NCBI GenBank assembly: GCA_964016885.1
Contig: OZ024750.1
Coordinates: 14,942,001 to 15,006,000 of the forward strand
Source of the DNA: Eledone cirrhosa
Taxonomy: Eukaryota
Direction of reading: 5' to 3'
DNA: 64,000 nt
Position numbers and translations under genes: made by a program. Positions 43,621 through 59,400 of this stretch are shown here, in pieces. The stretch's first letter is position 1; every line of letters starts with the position of its first letter. The notes under the pieces were generated by a model, which saw nothing but the letters and a program-made list of their open reading frames with translations, was not told the DNA's origin and did not search any database.

Positions 43621-45096
43621 AAGATTTGATATGTCACATACTGCTACGGTTTTGATTATTCAATTCCAGTATTGCCAGTGATTTATTTCAGCTGTGTAGA
43701 AGCATGTAACGATTACCTAAGAAGTGTCATCACATATTTTCATACACTCCTCAGCGATATCATCAATACTGTTTAACGTAAGAGGTGATGATGTAGTTTA
43801 TACTTAGGTAAAAAACGGCTTTTCTGTCAACGGGAGCCTAGACAAACATGACAATCATTTTAAAACTGTTGTTTCAAAATGTCTGTATTTCAAAAGTTGA
43901 GTGTATTCCACAGTCATGCCTGTTTCATCAGTCAAAACAATATACGGGAATGGAGTGGTGGCAGTAGTAGGTTTTCTGCCAACCACTAAAAACCCAAACG
44001 TGGAGTCCCATGAAAAAAGGTGCCCCAAAACAGGGAGAAATGAGGCAAAAATGAGGCAAAAATGAAATTTTACATAATGAAAGCTATACCCATTTTCACA
44101 AGAGACAACATCTCGAAAGTGAGAGGGAGATCTCCCCATCGGACGAGGAGAGTTGACAAATTTGTTGTTTGTTACGTTTTTATCAGACTCTTGGCAGATT
44201 TTGTCTTACTTTCTATGTTTTCAGAACATCACAAGAATTCAAATAACAATTGCTATCCGTGACAACTATTTTTCTGGCAAAGAAAGACGCTTGTTGTTGA
44301 TATAAATACAAAGACAAGTAAAGTAAGAAGAATACCAACAACGTATTAAATTTCTCACAGATGGGGTAGTAGTGTGTGTTGGCATCGGTATTCGTGCGGT
44401 TGTTATCAATGTCAATCATGATCATAATAGCGAAAATACACTTGATGTAAAGTATCTTTTGCAGTCTGGTCTGAATAACGCTACCTTGGAGAATAAAAGG
44501 TATTTCTTTTATTTATAAAGGAAGAAAATAAAACACTTAACCTGGGGTCAGTCGTTGTAATTGTGGAAAACGTTCAAATATATATTTTTGACGGACCTCT
44601 ATATCTGCACGTCGGATGTTCTCGACGCTATCTTGTATGTATGTATGTATGTATGTATGTATGTATGTATGTATGTATGTATGTATGTATGAGATGACCC
44701 CTTAGCCTTTGTCAAGGCAGAATTCTAGGAGAAGGAAAACTCTGATATAACACCTGCAATACCTGATGGTATCCAATGATGTTGACTTGTTCTTCTTTTT
44801 GGTAAATATCATCTTGGTTAAGAGAATGGGACTGGCTTTGTGCAGTGCCTTTGCTCACTATAAAAGCTTCACGGCACAGGCATTGCTTTATATCTGGAGA
44901 TCTCTCTGCACTTGTCGTCACATGGTACCATGGGCCCAGCACTATGTGTCAATAATTGTCACAAGTGTAGTGTTTGTACCAGAGTTTTCAAGTCGCTGGC
45001 TGGACTAAAAAGTCACACTCGTTCAGCGCATCGGTAGGGGTTCTCCTTCATGGATATAAAGTAGTGGCCGTACTCGAAAACGAGTTGGCAGCCACC

Positions 45097-45129
<33 letters not shown>

Positions 45130-46062
45130 TGTATGTATGTATGTATGTATGTATGTATGTATGTATGTATGGTTGTATGTACAGAGGGAAACTCTGAAAA
45201 AACCCCCCTGCGGTTTCGGAAGCATCTGATGATGTTGACCAGTTCTCCTTTTCGGGTAGTGTTTTCGATGCTCAGAGAGTGGGATTGGTCGAGTGCAAGG
45301 CCTTTCTCCACTTAAAAAAACCTACAAAGCACAGGCATTGCTTATTCAGGATATGTTACAGGTTTGTGTGACCGGCCGTAGCCTAAAAGTGTAATACTCT
45401 ATTCAGAGTTTGCACCCATCATGTATATATGTATGAATGATCCAAGACCTTATTTGCTTACCAAGTGGGGTGGTACCCGTCAAATCGAACCAAGCAAACA
45501 ATGTTTTCGTTGGTTTTTCCATTGCTGATACTATCCACCAGTCGCAAAACCCGGAAGATATATATAATCATGTATATTGTATACATATATATATGATATT
45601 AGGAATTTTAACGACCATAGCATATTCCCTTTAAACGTCCTTGTATATGGATTACGAAGTGCCTGTCCAGTTGGTACAGAAACATTGTACGAGAATGTCA
45701 TAAACACTTGGAATGTCTAGGAAATATATGAACGTAACGTAAGCACTGAAATATTAGTGATATGAAAGTCGTTTTAGAACTATATCCACAACTATATACT
45801 CTTCAAACAAACTATCAAGAGACAAGAAATCAATGAAAAATATAAAATTATGTAAGTTTCTTTGTGTCTAACTCTGATAATGCGTTGCTTTAGGAGATTT
45901 ACTTTAAAAAAATTGTTACTTTTCACCAAGTACAAATATCTTGCAGATATTATAAAGGATTGAATTGAGCGCACGATATGGCTAATATATTTCTTATCTA
46001 ACATAGAATGAAAGAAAGCATAAGTCTTTTCTAACTGGATTTCAACTAAAAATTGTAGATTA

Positions 46063-47236
46063 TAATAACTACCACAAGTCTGTAGCTCTAGAGTTGCAGT
46101 TAACATCTTACCTTATATCTACCACAAGTATATAGCACTAGAGTTGTTATTAACTTGCCTAAATAACTACCACAGGTTTGTAGCTCTAGAGCAGGCATGG
46201 GCAACCTTTTTCGAGAAGCGGGCCGCATGAGATATGGCTCATCATCAGGTGGGCCGCAAGCGCTAATTTACATTCGTACCCACATAAAAAAAAAGAGTGG
46301 TAACTCAGGTTGTTTTGATTTGTTTCTTCAGAATTCGTACACGTTATTTTCCTCGATCGTAAAAATGATAGAAAGATAAATTACAACTGAAAATTTTGGG
46401 TAAAAAAATCAGAAAGATTTCACTTAGGTGACTTAGGCGAGCCATTCAGAAAGTTTCGCGGGCCGTTGGTTGCCCATGACTGCTCTAGAGTATCTGCTAA
46501 CTTGCCCTGTATTGCCTTAATAACTACCACACGTATCTAGCTCTAGAGCGTTTGCTAAATTATTGCCACAAGTCTAGGGCTCTAGGGTGTCTGCTATATT
46601 ATTGCTTTAATAACTACCAGAAGTCTGGAGCTCTAGGATGTCTACTAAATTATTGCCTTAATAACTACCACAAGTCTGTAGCTCTAGGGTAGGGTGTCTG
46701 CTAACTTGTTACCTTAATAACCACCACAAATCTGTAGCTCTAGAATGTCTGCTAACTTGTTACCTTAATAACTACCAGAAGTCTGGAGCTCTAGGATGTC
46801 TACTAAATTATTGCCTTAATAACTACCACAAGTCTGTAGCTCTAGAATGTCTGCTAACTTGTTACCTTAATAACTACCACAAGTCTGTAGCTCTAGAATG
46901 TCTGCTAACTTGTTACCTTAATAACTACCACAAGTCTGTAGCTCTAGGGTAGGGTGTCTGCTAACTTGTTACCTTAATAACCACCACAAATCTGTAGCTC
47001 TAGAATGTCTGCTAACTTGTTACCTTAATAACTACCACAAGTCTGTAGCTCTAGAATGTCTGCTAACTTGTTACCTTAATAACTACCACAAGTCTGTAGC
47101 TCTAGAATGTCTGCTAACTTGTTACCTTAATAACTACCACAAGTCTGTAGCTCTAGAATGTCTGCTAACTTGTTACCTTAATAACTACCACAAGTCTGGA
47201 ACTCTAGGGTAGGGTGTCTGTTAACTTGTTACCTTA
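46063..47236. repeat. 51-bp minisatellite interrupted by the hAT MITE
   Basis: Unit AATAACTACCACAAGTCTGTAGCTCTAGAATGTCTGCTAACTTGTTACCTT; more degenerate on the left. Confidence 0.93.
46192..46482. mobile_element. Non-autonomous hAT MITE
   Basis: TIRs CAGGCATGGGCAACC / GGTTGCCCATGACTG; 8-bp TSD CTCTAGAG (46184-46191 and 46483-46490). Confidence 0.9.
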
Positions 47237-48393
47237 CATTCTCTTCGTCCATACACCAATGCCGCACATTTTAGCGTAGGATCGCACAGGAAATAGTAAA
47301 TAATGGTATTGATTTTAACTGGATGTTAGGAATGGTGTGACTGGTATAGCATACCAACAACGTACCACTTTCTCAACGGTACCACTAATTGATCCATTTG
47401 TTTTAGAACTCCAATCGTTGCATTGCATTAAATATCTACTACTTACATTAGCACAAGTGCAAAGAGCAATTGATTTGATTGGTCAAAACATAATTCACAA
47501 TAAAGGCGCATATTAGAAGCAGATACAAAGCAGATACAATGTATTTACGTATAGTAAACTTAGATAAATCTCGCTCTGAGTTTCTAAGCTATGATCGGGT
47601 CATATTTATCTCAGTAACCGTGTGAGAACTACTATAGTATTTCAAGATTTATTAATCTATTATCAATACTGAGTATTATCACTCGGTATTGAGGCAAGAC
47701 ATATAAAGCTTTATATACATGTATAATTTTCAAAATAATTCATTTATAGAGCTGCTTATTTATATACAGTACAGGTTTAATAGGATGGTATTAATTAGCA
47801 GTAGCTCTGGTTTCTGAAGCGTGTGGAATATCAAAACTTCAAAGTATGTTTTTGCTCTCGAACAAAGAACGTTTGAACTGGAAATTTCAATCGTTCCTGC
47901 ACTTCATAAACAACTTTTTATTGTATTACTTACACTCTAACTGTGGGTCTCCGACGTTAGATGAATTGATTTTTGAAATATTAATCCATTCCCGACTAAG
48001 TTATGTGTGGGGGAGTATGAGAGTCTAACTGTGTTTCTATTGAAGATGCTGTAATACCTTTTCTGTGTGGGGAAGTGCTTCTTGAGTAAGACAAGGAAGT
48101 TCCTAGCTATTGGTGTGGATACCGCTAAGTTAAACGGGGTGTTATAACAACTTATAATTCTACACCTGTTTCGTTTGGGGGATCTAGGTGTGCTATCTAT
48201 GTAGGAATTTTTTTCTCTAAACCCATTACGCTTTGTTTATATTAGGATCGGACTCATTAAACAGATCCTCGTTGGCTGAGAGGCCCGAGATCCTAAGGAG
48301 GTATATAATGTATATACGCATATTCATATACAAATAGAGAGAAAGAGAAAGAAAAAGAGAGATAGTGAGTAAGAGATTGAAAGAGAAAGAGAA

Positions 48394-48469
<76 letters not shown>

Positions 48470-51400
48470 GAATTTTGATATTAATAAACTAACAAAAGAG
48501 ATTTCTACTTATAAATCAATATTTGTAAATGAAACTTCCGTAAGAAGCAAATATTATCCCAATTTCATAAACATTAATTTGTTTTCATTTTAGTAATGAG
48601 TTTTCAAAAAACAAAATGCTGGTGGTGTCGTATTTCAGGCAGAATTTAATATTACTGCTATCATCTTTCTTAGAGAATTTAATGAATTCTTGTATTGCAT
48701 TTCAACAGGATCCGCATTGTAATAGTGGAAGCAAACCAGCAAACCCTTAACTTCATTTTTTTTGATAATTTATTAACTGTTTTGATATTCTTCAATACAA
48801 AGTTTTTGTTAATATCAAAATTTCTAAAATTTAAGATATGAAAATTAATTAATAAAATGACAAATATTTTATATTCTTTGGAAATGACAAATTCAATATC
48901 TTGCTCAGGAATTCACACCTTACAGAATTAGGCACTAGTATTCGTATCTGCAAAGGAAAACTTCTCCCAAAGAAAAATTTAATTGCCTTAGTTATGAAAA
49001 TACATCTCAACAGTAGATATTGTTGCATTGCGACTTTGACAAAGACAATTAACGCTGAATATCACAACCCGACAATATTTGTTCGTTATTCTTTAAATGT
49101 CATTAATGCATTCATAACAAGATCTTTTGGTTATAATTAACGAGTTCGTAGGCGGAAACTATTTCAAAATGAATCCAAAAATAATTAAAGGATATTTTCT
49201 CGTGCAAAACACAGAATCAACCGTTTCAAGCATTTGGACAAGGCGCGCTAAATTTAGAAGGGTAGGAACAGCAAATTATATCGACCTCAGTACTTGGCTC
49301 AGCATTGGACCGGGTGATGTGTTGTTTCCTTGAGCAAGACACTTTATTTCACGTTGCTCCAGTTTACTCAGCTGTAGAAATGAGATGATAAGACTGGGGT
49401 CCCTATCATTAAGTTACCCAAGACACCTCCAACGAGATATACCTTGGAGGAGGCCAGCTAAACCTGCATAGGTGTGAGCTGTCACACACACATATAGGTG
49501 TGGGCTGTCACACACACACATAGGTGTGAACTGTCACACACACATAGTACTTGGCTAGAACTTTATTTTATCGACTTGGAAAGGATGAAAATCAAAATCA
49601 ACCTCCGTAAATTATTACTAATAGAAATTTTGTGACTCTTCATCTTGGCAGTAAATCGCTGAAAATTTGACAGATATATACTCAGAGCTGTACGATTTCA
49701 AACTTAAGCAAACGTGCAAAATGTGGAATTATTCTGGCGAAAAGTTCGAAAAACGAAACTGTTACACGTGGTGCGGAATAATTAGTTCATAGGCTGCAGA
49801 TTCCACAGCCTGTAGTCTATTCTTTTAAATATTGAACAGCAACATTGAAATTTTAAAATCATGTTTAAAATATAAGGTACATTTACGATGAAACACCCGT
49901 CTCCAGATCTGTTAGAAAGTTCTCCACTCGCCCCCTTTTATTTTTCGTATACTTTCAAGTAATGTAACCCCCAAAAGCTCTGTAAACGACATTTTTCGGG
50001 AAGGGGGAGTGAAGAGGGGAAATATTTGGAGATTCCCATCCTCGGAATTTTATTTTGTGGGATTTCATTTTACTTTTCCAGCTTTTCAACAAAATTGACT
50101 TCGAAATCACGCGAAAATGGAAATATTTGGCTGCTATTTCTAGCATGTCAAACTATCACGTAACAGCTCCCTTTCGAGAAAACACTCGCCTCTAGTTCTG
50201 TTAGATATTCCCCGCCCCATATTTTCGTCTACTTTCAAATATTCTGACCCCCAAAACCCTCGCAATCGGGGAGCGGTCATGTGTCACTACATTTCTAGGA
50301 CTGCTACATTTGTAATGGCAGATTTGTACGAGTCATTAAAAAGAAAATTCCATTTTTGGGAGGCGACCACCCGCTGAAAAAATGCATCCGGGGCCACATT
50401 ACGTAATATCTGTTGATATTACCTAAACACTGTGAATAGTGCTTCCTGTTAACAGACTGGGGAGCACAGAAACTGATGATAAGTTCGGGTATATTTGATA
50501 TACTAATATCAGGAACCACATGTAGTCGTTTATTTTATGGATTAACATATGTGCGCCTCTGAATAATGGATTTGTATTTCTAACGGACAAACCTTATCAT
50601 ATTATTGAGTAAGAGACGGCCGAAGCTGTACCGATTCTCTTCGACTAGCTTCGTAAATGTACATATGTAGTGGTTTGTTATATAGGGACAAGGTCAGCAA
50701 TTTGGGGGAGGGGAAAGTCGATTAAATCGGCCCCAGTGCGTGACTGCTGCTTTATTTTATCGACCCCGTAAGGATGAAAGGCAAAATTAACCTCGGCGGG
50801 ATTTGAACTCAGATCACAAAGGTCCGTAACTCTATGCTGCAAATCCACTGTTTGTTTGTGTATGAATGTGTGTGTGTGTGTGTGTGTGTGTGGGGGGGGG
50901 GGGTTAGTTGACAGGTCAGACACTGACATTATGTTTACATATACAAAAGAAGATAGCACAGCCATCTTGGTCAGCAAAAAAGTTCTATTGATAACATACT
51001 GTATGGAGCAAAGAGAACAGCGCTCCTATTTTATGAGATCAAACATATAAAGTAAAATGGTTATTTCGCAATTGGTCATTAAATCAAGCATATAGTTATG
51101 GTTATCTTTTTAAATCGCCATTGAACTATAGCTCAATTACGTATTCTTTGAATTCACATTTGAATTTATAAGCTATTTATATTGTACTGATGAAGGCACA
51201 CTTTAGTAATACTGAACATATAAAACAAACAAAACCAAATGCAACTAGTTTAATTACTATTAAATAAAATATGACATACATTTTCTCATGCATAATTATA
51301 CTTATTGTTCATGCAATAGAATAGCGGACCGGATTAGATGTTTAATTACATCCTTTTAGATCAAACTCCTCCGAAGTGAACTTTGCTTTTCATCCTTCCA

Positions 51401-53886
51401 TGGTCGTTAAAATAAAATACCAGTCAAGCCATGCAGTTGATTTAATAGATTTTCTCCCCTCCCTTAGGTTTCCTGGTTTTGTACCTAAATTAGGGATCAT
51501 TATTAATATATTTGGTGGTGGATTGGCAGTATCGGTAGAGGGTCGGACGTCATGCTTTCCAGCATAGTTACGTCCCTTTACGATCTGAGTTCAAATCCCG
51601 CCGAGGTTGACTTTGCCTTTCATCCTTACGGGGTCGATAAAATAAAGTACCAGTAATGCACTGGGTAATTGCTGGCCTTGTGCCTAAAGTAGAAACAATT
51701 ATTAATATATTTGGGCAGTTGATTGGCAGTATCGGTAGAGGGTCTGACGCCATGCTTTGCAGCAAAGAGTTACGGCCCTTTATGGTTCAAATCCTGCTGA
51801 GGTTAACTTTGCCTTTCATCCTTACGGGGTCGATAAATAAAGCACCAGTAATGTATTGGAGGCGATTTAATCGACTTTCTCCTCCCCTTCAAATTGCTGG
51901 CCTTGGTACCTAAATCAGAACCATTATTAGTATATTTCAAAAATAAAATAAGGGTCAATTAATAGAGCGCAAGACTAATAGCTTCATAGCTTTTAGTTTC
52001 ATTCTTCTTCGTTCGAAATATGCAAATGTCGAATCTATCTGTCTTTCACTCCCCTTTAATCATCCATAAAATAGTACCACACTTCTAAAGGAATAGAACT
52101 AATAAAATATGTTGTTTCCATACAACTTGTGGTTTTGTAGCAACATAAGTAGCGAAAGTTACATAAAATGTTAACCGCATGTCGATTTAGAATTAAACAT
52201 ATTTATGTCTATGCAAATATATGACAACACAGAGTTAAATACATAGAAGTATACACATATATTACCTCGGTTGTTTCAAATTGTGATGCTTCATTAAGGA
52301 AAAGTTTTAAAAAATATATTCCTGAAATGACATTGATATCTATCTTTGAAATATAACTCACTGGAAATAGGCAATATTAAATTAATAGCTAGAGATAAAG
52401 TTTATTAGAAACTGACTGACCAGAAAAAGGGATATATAAATTTGGAAATATATCTAATAACAGTATAGTAAATTTTAATGAAGTCCTATTTGATCTGATT
52501 TGCGAAATCAATAGGCATTTGATTTGTTATTCAGCAATCAAATATATATGATTTTTATACAGTTTGTACAAAATAATGAAAATACTTGTAATAAGACTAC
52601 AGTTTTATGTAGTTTTTCATTTAATGTCTTCTGATACTTGTGTTGTGGCGTATTTGATAGTATTATTCTCATTAAATAGCATTTGATCTTGGTAGCATAG
52701 AAAATCAATTTAAACTCGAATGTCTAGTTAGCGTAGTATTCAATCAACTGTACATTCTCTATCTCTTACATGATCTAATACAAAATAGCACCGAAAAGAA
52801 GACATTGCTTGATTGATTAACGAATTGTTATCAATCCCTGGTCGGTATTTAACCCTAGTGAGTCTATTACAATTGAAAGAAAAAGTTATCTTAATGTTCA
52901 GCTACATTCCAACATCTTTATTGTATACATTACGTATAAACCTCAGATTTTCATCACGATTAATTTCTTTTACTAAAATAAAGCAACAAATGTTTCGTAA
53001 AGAAATTTAATTTGAATGGAATTGAAAACATTACACCGTATTTTCAAGTAAATTACTATGAAACCACATCCTTTCTAGCTTTCTTATCATATTATCCTTA
53101 TCTTTTCTAAGCGGACTCTAATAACCTCATTAACTTGATTTTTATAATTTTGGCGTTGTAAAATGTCTTAAGATGTATTTAACAATACATACCACATTCG
53201 GACTTCGAACAGCAAATGTGTGCTTCATGTGGATTTTATTCTTAAAGAGTCCTCCAAGATGACAGAGATAACTGAAACAAACAAAAGAATTAAAAAAACC
53301 AAAAACATTACGTCTATTATTATGGATTGGCAGTATCGGTAGAGGGTCGGACGCCATGCTTTGCAGCAAAGAGTTACGGCCCTTTATGGTCTGAGTTCAA
53401 ATCCCGCCGATGTTAACTTTGCCTTTTATCCTTACGGGGTCGATAAAATAAAGTACCAGTAATACAGCGGGATAATTGCTGCCTTGTGCCAAAAGTAGAA
53501 ACAATTATTATACGAAATCCCTTGAAGCGGAATAGAATAATCAGTGAAGAAGTCACGAGGTGGGATTTTCTTAGGTGCGGAAAAAGCTGTCATTATTAGC
53601 TTCTCAATAAAGAAAAGTTCGGGCGAAAAAATGTCGACTATTTTCAGAATTTCACGAGTATCGCTGTTCGCATAAAAAGTGTTCTGAACTACTTAACATA
53701 GTGTATGATATACGTTGATGGTCTGGAACTAAAAAGAAGCACTTAATTACGAGTGGCAGAGTTTCTGGTATAATTTGTTATTCATGTTATAGAGTATAAA
53801 TATTTAATATATAAATATATAAATGGCTTCCTGTAAAAGCCATTTCCCTCTCTCTCTCTCTATATATATATAAAACCTCATTTTCT

Positions 53887-53927
<41 letters not shown>

Positions 53928-54113
53928 CGTTTAGACAGCTATGCAAATTGAAGACACCGACCGATAAGGTAAAATTCCTCATTGAGTGCTTTAGCTGCAC
54001 TTTCCGACTGCATTCGTTAGCTTGGCTGCAACCAGGGCTTCGATTATGCTGTACTTCCTTCTTGTATATATATATATATAAATTAGCATATATGTAAAAA
54101 TTAAAAATAGAAT

Positions 54114-54166
<53 letters not shown>

Positions 54167-54562
54167 CCCCTTAGCCTTTGTCAAGGCAGAATTCTAGGAG
54201 AAGGAAAACTCTGATATAACACCTGCAACCCTGATGATATCCAATGATGTTGACTTGTTCTTCTTTTTGGTAAATATCATCTTGGTTAAGAGAGTGGGAA
54301 TGGCTTTGTGCAGTGCCTTTGCTCACTATAAAAGCTTCACGGCACAGGCATTGCTTTATATCTGGAGATCTCTCTGCACTTGTCGTCACATGGTACCATG
54401 GGCCCAGCACTATGTGTCAATAATTGTCACAAGTGTAGTGTTTGTACCAAAGTTTTCAAGTCGCTGGCTGGACTGAAAAGTCACACTCGTTCAGCGCATC
54501 GGTAGGGGTTCTCCTACATGGATATAAAGTAGTGGCCGTACTCGAAAACGAGTTGGCAGCCA

Positions 54563-54626
<64 letters not shown>

Positions 54627-56235
54627 ACGTGTTTATGGTTATAGCAGTCATGTGTGTGTATCCCGGGTTCAATCGGGAGTAACTACAGTAAGTAAGGTAT
54701 AACAGTTTAATCTTTTTAATTTTCAGATTGCCATTACTTTACTTCAAATTTCCAATATTCACAGTTTTTTTTAGGTAATCATCTGACTAGACAGTCGTAT
54801 CAGAACTGATTACCTCTCACAGTCTAATGCAATTCTATTTTTAATTTTTACATATATGCTAATTTATATTTCACTAGAGAGGAAACGAAATCAGGAAATA
54901 CACATTGAGTTTTATCATCAAATTTATCAATTTGCCATAGTAGTTTTAATGTAGCATTCCTCTTGTGTAGAAGTTCATATCTCATTTCTTCAACTTAGCA
55001 CGATCAATATACAACTGTCCTTATCTTCTCTGTTTTAGCTCACTATATTTCCATGTGGTTTTCGTTTTGAAGTACATTGTCTTGGATGTACTATCAATTA
55101 ATCTGTCGCTGTGTTGTCTTTGCAAATTTAACACGCTTATATAAATTCTTAGTTTACTTGGCCAGTTAAAATAAAATGGGATGGTCACAGCTGGAATTAA
55201 ACCAGGGAAGGTGACTTACAGGTGCTTAATGCCTTCCAAACTGTTACATACATTTAATGAATTGAATGTATGTAGAGTTTGTAATAATAATTGTTTCTAC
55301 TTTAGGCACAAGGCCAGAAATTCACCAGTACATTACTGGTACTTTATTTTATCGACCCCGTAAGGATGAAAGGCAAAGTTAACCTCAGCGGGATAATAAT
55401 AATAATAATTGTTTCTTCTTTTGGCACAAGGCCAGCAATTACCCCAGTGCATTATTGGTGCTTTATTTTATCGACCCTCTAAGGATGAAAGGCAAAGTTA
55501 ACCTCGGCGGGATTTGAACTCAGATCGTAAAGGACCGCAACTCTATACTACAAAATATGGTGTCCGACCCTCTACCGATACTACCAAAATAATATGGTGC
55601 GTGAGTGTGTGTGTGTCCGTGAAATATATACATATACATCAGGTCCGAACACAAAAGAACCAAACTTCCACTGTCACTGCCTCTGTCTCTCCCGCTCTCC
55701 CCATCTAGCCACCCGGTTGACAGAATAGAGAAGACGTTTTCCCAGAGGATGGCGAGGGAGACTCACTGGAAGAGCCTTGAATTAGAGTTTGGCGACTTGT
55801 CTTTTTTAAGTAACATTTTGAATCACAAGAAAGTTAAATTGCAATGAGCGTAAAAAATTTGTTTGCTCATTGGTGTATATACCATTCATTAATAGTCACA
55901 CTACTGATTACTGGTATCATTAATTAATAGTCACACTACTGATTACTGGTTAGTAGCTTCTGAATTATAAATCGTTAACAAAACGTGAGTGGGAACAGAA
56001 CGATTTCTATTAAGCATTGTTCAATAATTTTCAGTTGAATAGATTTATTGACAAGAGGTGACTTATACAATGATTATAGAAATAACTGAATGGCTATCTA
56101 AATATTTTCATATTTATATTTAAGAGTGATTACATATAGAAAATAATGGCGCATCGTATCTAATAATATTGATACTAGACGGAGCGACAACAGCATCAAC
56201 AGAGGCTACAGAAATAACAAAAGCAGCAACATTAA

Positions 56236-56454
56236 CCCTTTAGCATTTACATTACTCTATATATACTATTGTATTTTCATAGTAAAGGCTTTATCTCACA
56301 TAGTATCTCACATAATATCGAATCTATGAGATTTTCATATTATTTATTTTGAGAACATTACCATAACATCTTCACGAGTGGCCAGTTATGGCCAGTTTAA
56401 CAGAAAGAAGTGAGAGAATTCTAGCCGGATATGGCCGGTTTAAAAGCTAATGGG
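56236..56454. mobile_element. piggyBac-like MITE
   Basis: TTAA flanks with CCCTTTAGCATTTA / TAAAAGCTAATGGG termini; an inverted degenerate copy lies at about 23858-24075. Confidence 0.7.
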
Positions 56455-59400
56455 TTAATGCTAGCAATAAACATCATTGTAGCAGTAGCACTAAATACAG
56501 TATTAATATATAAACTTGGCTAATCTAATTCACAAAAACAATGGCAATATATTTTGCTAACAGTTTGCTTCCCAGAACATTCCCTTCATCAGACCGAAAA
56601 CTGGAGATTATTATGATTTTAGTAGCTTACAAAAGTATCACTCATTCTAGCGGTATGCGGAGCTTACGAGAGTATCACTCTCATTAGGACGGTGATTATC
56701 CCGGTTTCATGGCGTGAAGCGATTGAAAGTACAAGACTTCTCAACGGACAGGACGCCAGTCCATCGCAGGGTTAACCCCCCCTACTAATTTTCAGCTGAG
56801 TATACTGGAGCAACGTGAAATGAAGTGTTTTTCTCAACAACACAACACGCAAACCAGCCCAAGAATTTTCCTTAAACATTATTTATGATTTTGATAATGT
56901 CTGGAAAAAGCTTGTTTTAGCAAAACAAGCTGTCAAAAAGCTTCGCGTGACATTAATTATCTGACTGGATGCTTTTTAACAAGCGTGATACGCTCGTTAA
57001 GATTTGATCGTGTATGAAAAAAGAGCATAACTCGAAACTCCCGGTAGATAGATAGTGAATAACCAATTTCATATAGATATATTTACAGAATATATATTTC
57101 TGAATATGCATGAGGTAATTTCTTGTAAAAATAGAGACATTTGTGTAGTTATAATTACAATGAGGCGCCAATAAAATGACGTCATTTAAAGTCCTATCGA
57201 ATTTTCACTTTTTAACATTTTGGTTTGTTTAAATGTAAACGTAATGGATTATATAGTTTTATTTGTAATTTTACAGAAAAAGTTTTGCATATTTTTCCAA
57301 GTTGGTTTTCTAATGTGCATTTATAGTTTAGATATCATAAATTTGTCTTGTCCTTCCGTTGATTTTTTAGACCTATTGATATTTTGTTTGACTCGTGCGA
57401 TCTAAGGCGCCAGACACAACGTAGCTATGATTATTATGGTATCTGCAGCTTTTGTTTAAGTTTGTTTATCACATTTGGGGAATAACTTCATTGGTTCAGG
57501 TTTCCAACTAACTGAACATTGGTTCATTATATTTACAATAATAAGAATGACAAGGGAGTGTGCAACAACTTTGACAGAATAACTACCACAAGATCCTATT
57601 GGTCTTGACTTTTATAGCAGAAATACAACTACGAAAGATATGCACAAAGGCACACACACAAACACACACACACACGCCCACACATACACACACACACTAC
57701 TCCCACACAAATTCTATCTTTCACACACGCACATATCACACACATTGGCCTTAGGAATACGCCACGTCTGCTAGTAAAATTTACATACACGTACATACAG
57801 ACAATATATTTCTTATATCGGTCAAGTTGCTACAATAAGAAGTTAGCTTTTCAGTCACAAGATCCTACTTGTGCCAGTATAAATAGTTATTTCTCCAGTG
57901 TTACTCATACACTTAAATCTATATGGTATTGATACATACAAGCTCAACATTTGTGTAATCTTTTTTTTTTTATCTCTAAAACCCGTTGTACATAGAGAAA
58001 TATTAAATTAATGTTATACATTATGATAATGATAATTCATTGTTTCTACTTTTGGCACAAGGCCAGCAAATACCCAGTGCATGGTACTTTGTTTTATCCA
58101 CCTCGTAAGGATGAAAGGCAAAGTTAACCTCAGCGGGATTTGAACTCAGAATGATAATTAATGGTATAATAATACAATTGTCAATTAAGAAATGATGTCA
58201 ACGCCTTCAGCATCACATTCTTAATTATCTTAGATCCAGTCAGTGTTAAAATACTTTAATTGTCACCAAACTTCTCTTTATTCTGTGAATAAACAAACCC
58301 TATTTAGTTAGAAAAAAAAATAAAGAAAAAGGGAAACAAATATCCTAGGAATAAATTATTAAAATATTTTTATCTTTAATCATTTTCACGTACCAGTAAT
58401 AAACATAAACTACAGGGCTTATCTTATGCAAAACATTAATTTATAAAAACGTAAATTCCCCAGTTTGCATGTTTGTTCATATATTCAATTATCCTGGTAA
58501 ATATGGCAAACCAACTGCAAACATTAAATCCTGAACTCCAAACATGTTCAATGCTACTTTTATAATTATTGGTGGTATTCCGAGTTAAAATCCCGCCGAG
58601 GTTAACTTTGCCTTTCATCCTTACGGAGTCGATAAAATAAAGTACCAGTCACGCACTGGGGTCGATTTAATCGATTTTATCCTCCTCCAAAATTGCTGGC
58701 CTTGTGCCTATATAAGAAACCATTATTGGTGATATTCGACCACTAGTATATCAATATTAATCTAGAAATGTTTTTAGTAATGAATAGAAAAAAATATTTT
58801 AACTGCTACGATTAGAAATTTTGGAATAATAGAATAGATTGCAGTATTGATATATCAACCAACAACAATTTGAAGCATAGAAATATTGATATTGTTCCAA
58901 GAATTACACTATATTGCACATTTCTACACAAACACTACAATGTCTCTAGTTTGGTAAATTCAATATTTTCACTTCAATATTTTAGGATTACCAGGCCTCG
59001 CTATTTCACCTAGTTAATTTCCTTAAAACTGTTGACAATACCGTACAATAAAATATCATATTCGCATTAACAACTTCAACGTTAGTAGGAACTTCTATTC
59101 GGTCATTCGACCTGCTAGAAATAGCAGCCTTGTTTCCTCAAAATTACAAACTTAAAGGGAGGTCACCTTTGGTGTGTTGTAGTCTATATTACACTCTTTA
59201 TGAAAAATAAGACAGGCGTACTCGTTACTCTTAATCATACGTCTGTTGAATAAGGCTTGGCGTAGGGGCAAAACAACAACAACAACAACAAGAATCAAAC
59301 AAATAAACAAACAAAAACAAGTAGAATAAATTCAATAGCATTGAAATCTTGACTCAGACTCGCAGGTTCTATCTAAGGATGAAATATTAAAGAACGAAAA

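Noticed and set aside
43885-43935. Other CTGATGA hits (9689, 21888, 23229, 43925, 45226, 51188, 54231, 56586)
   Set aside because: No properly spaced stem II, GAAA and stem I.
49640-50650. GC-richer block with a terminal hairpin and CTAG, possibly a Helitron or DNA element
   Set aside because: Single copy in the window, with no definable ends or TSD.
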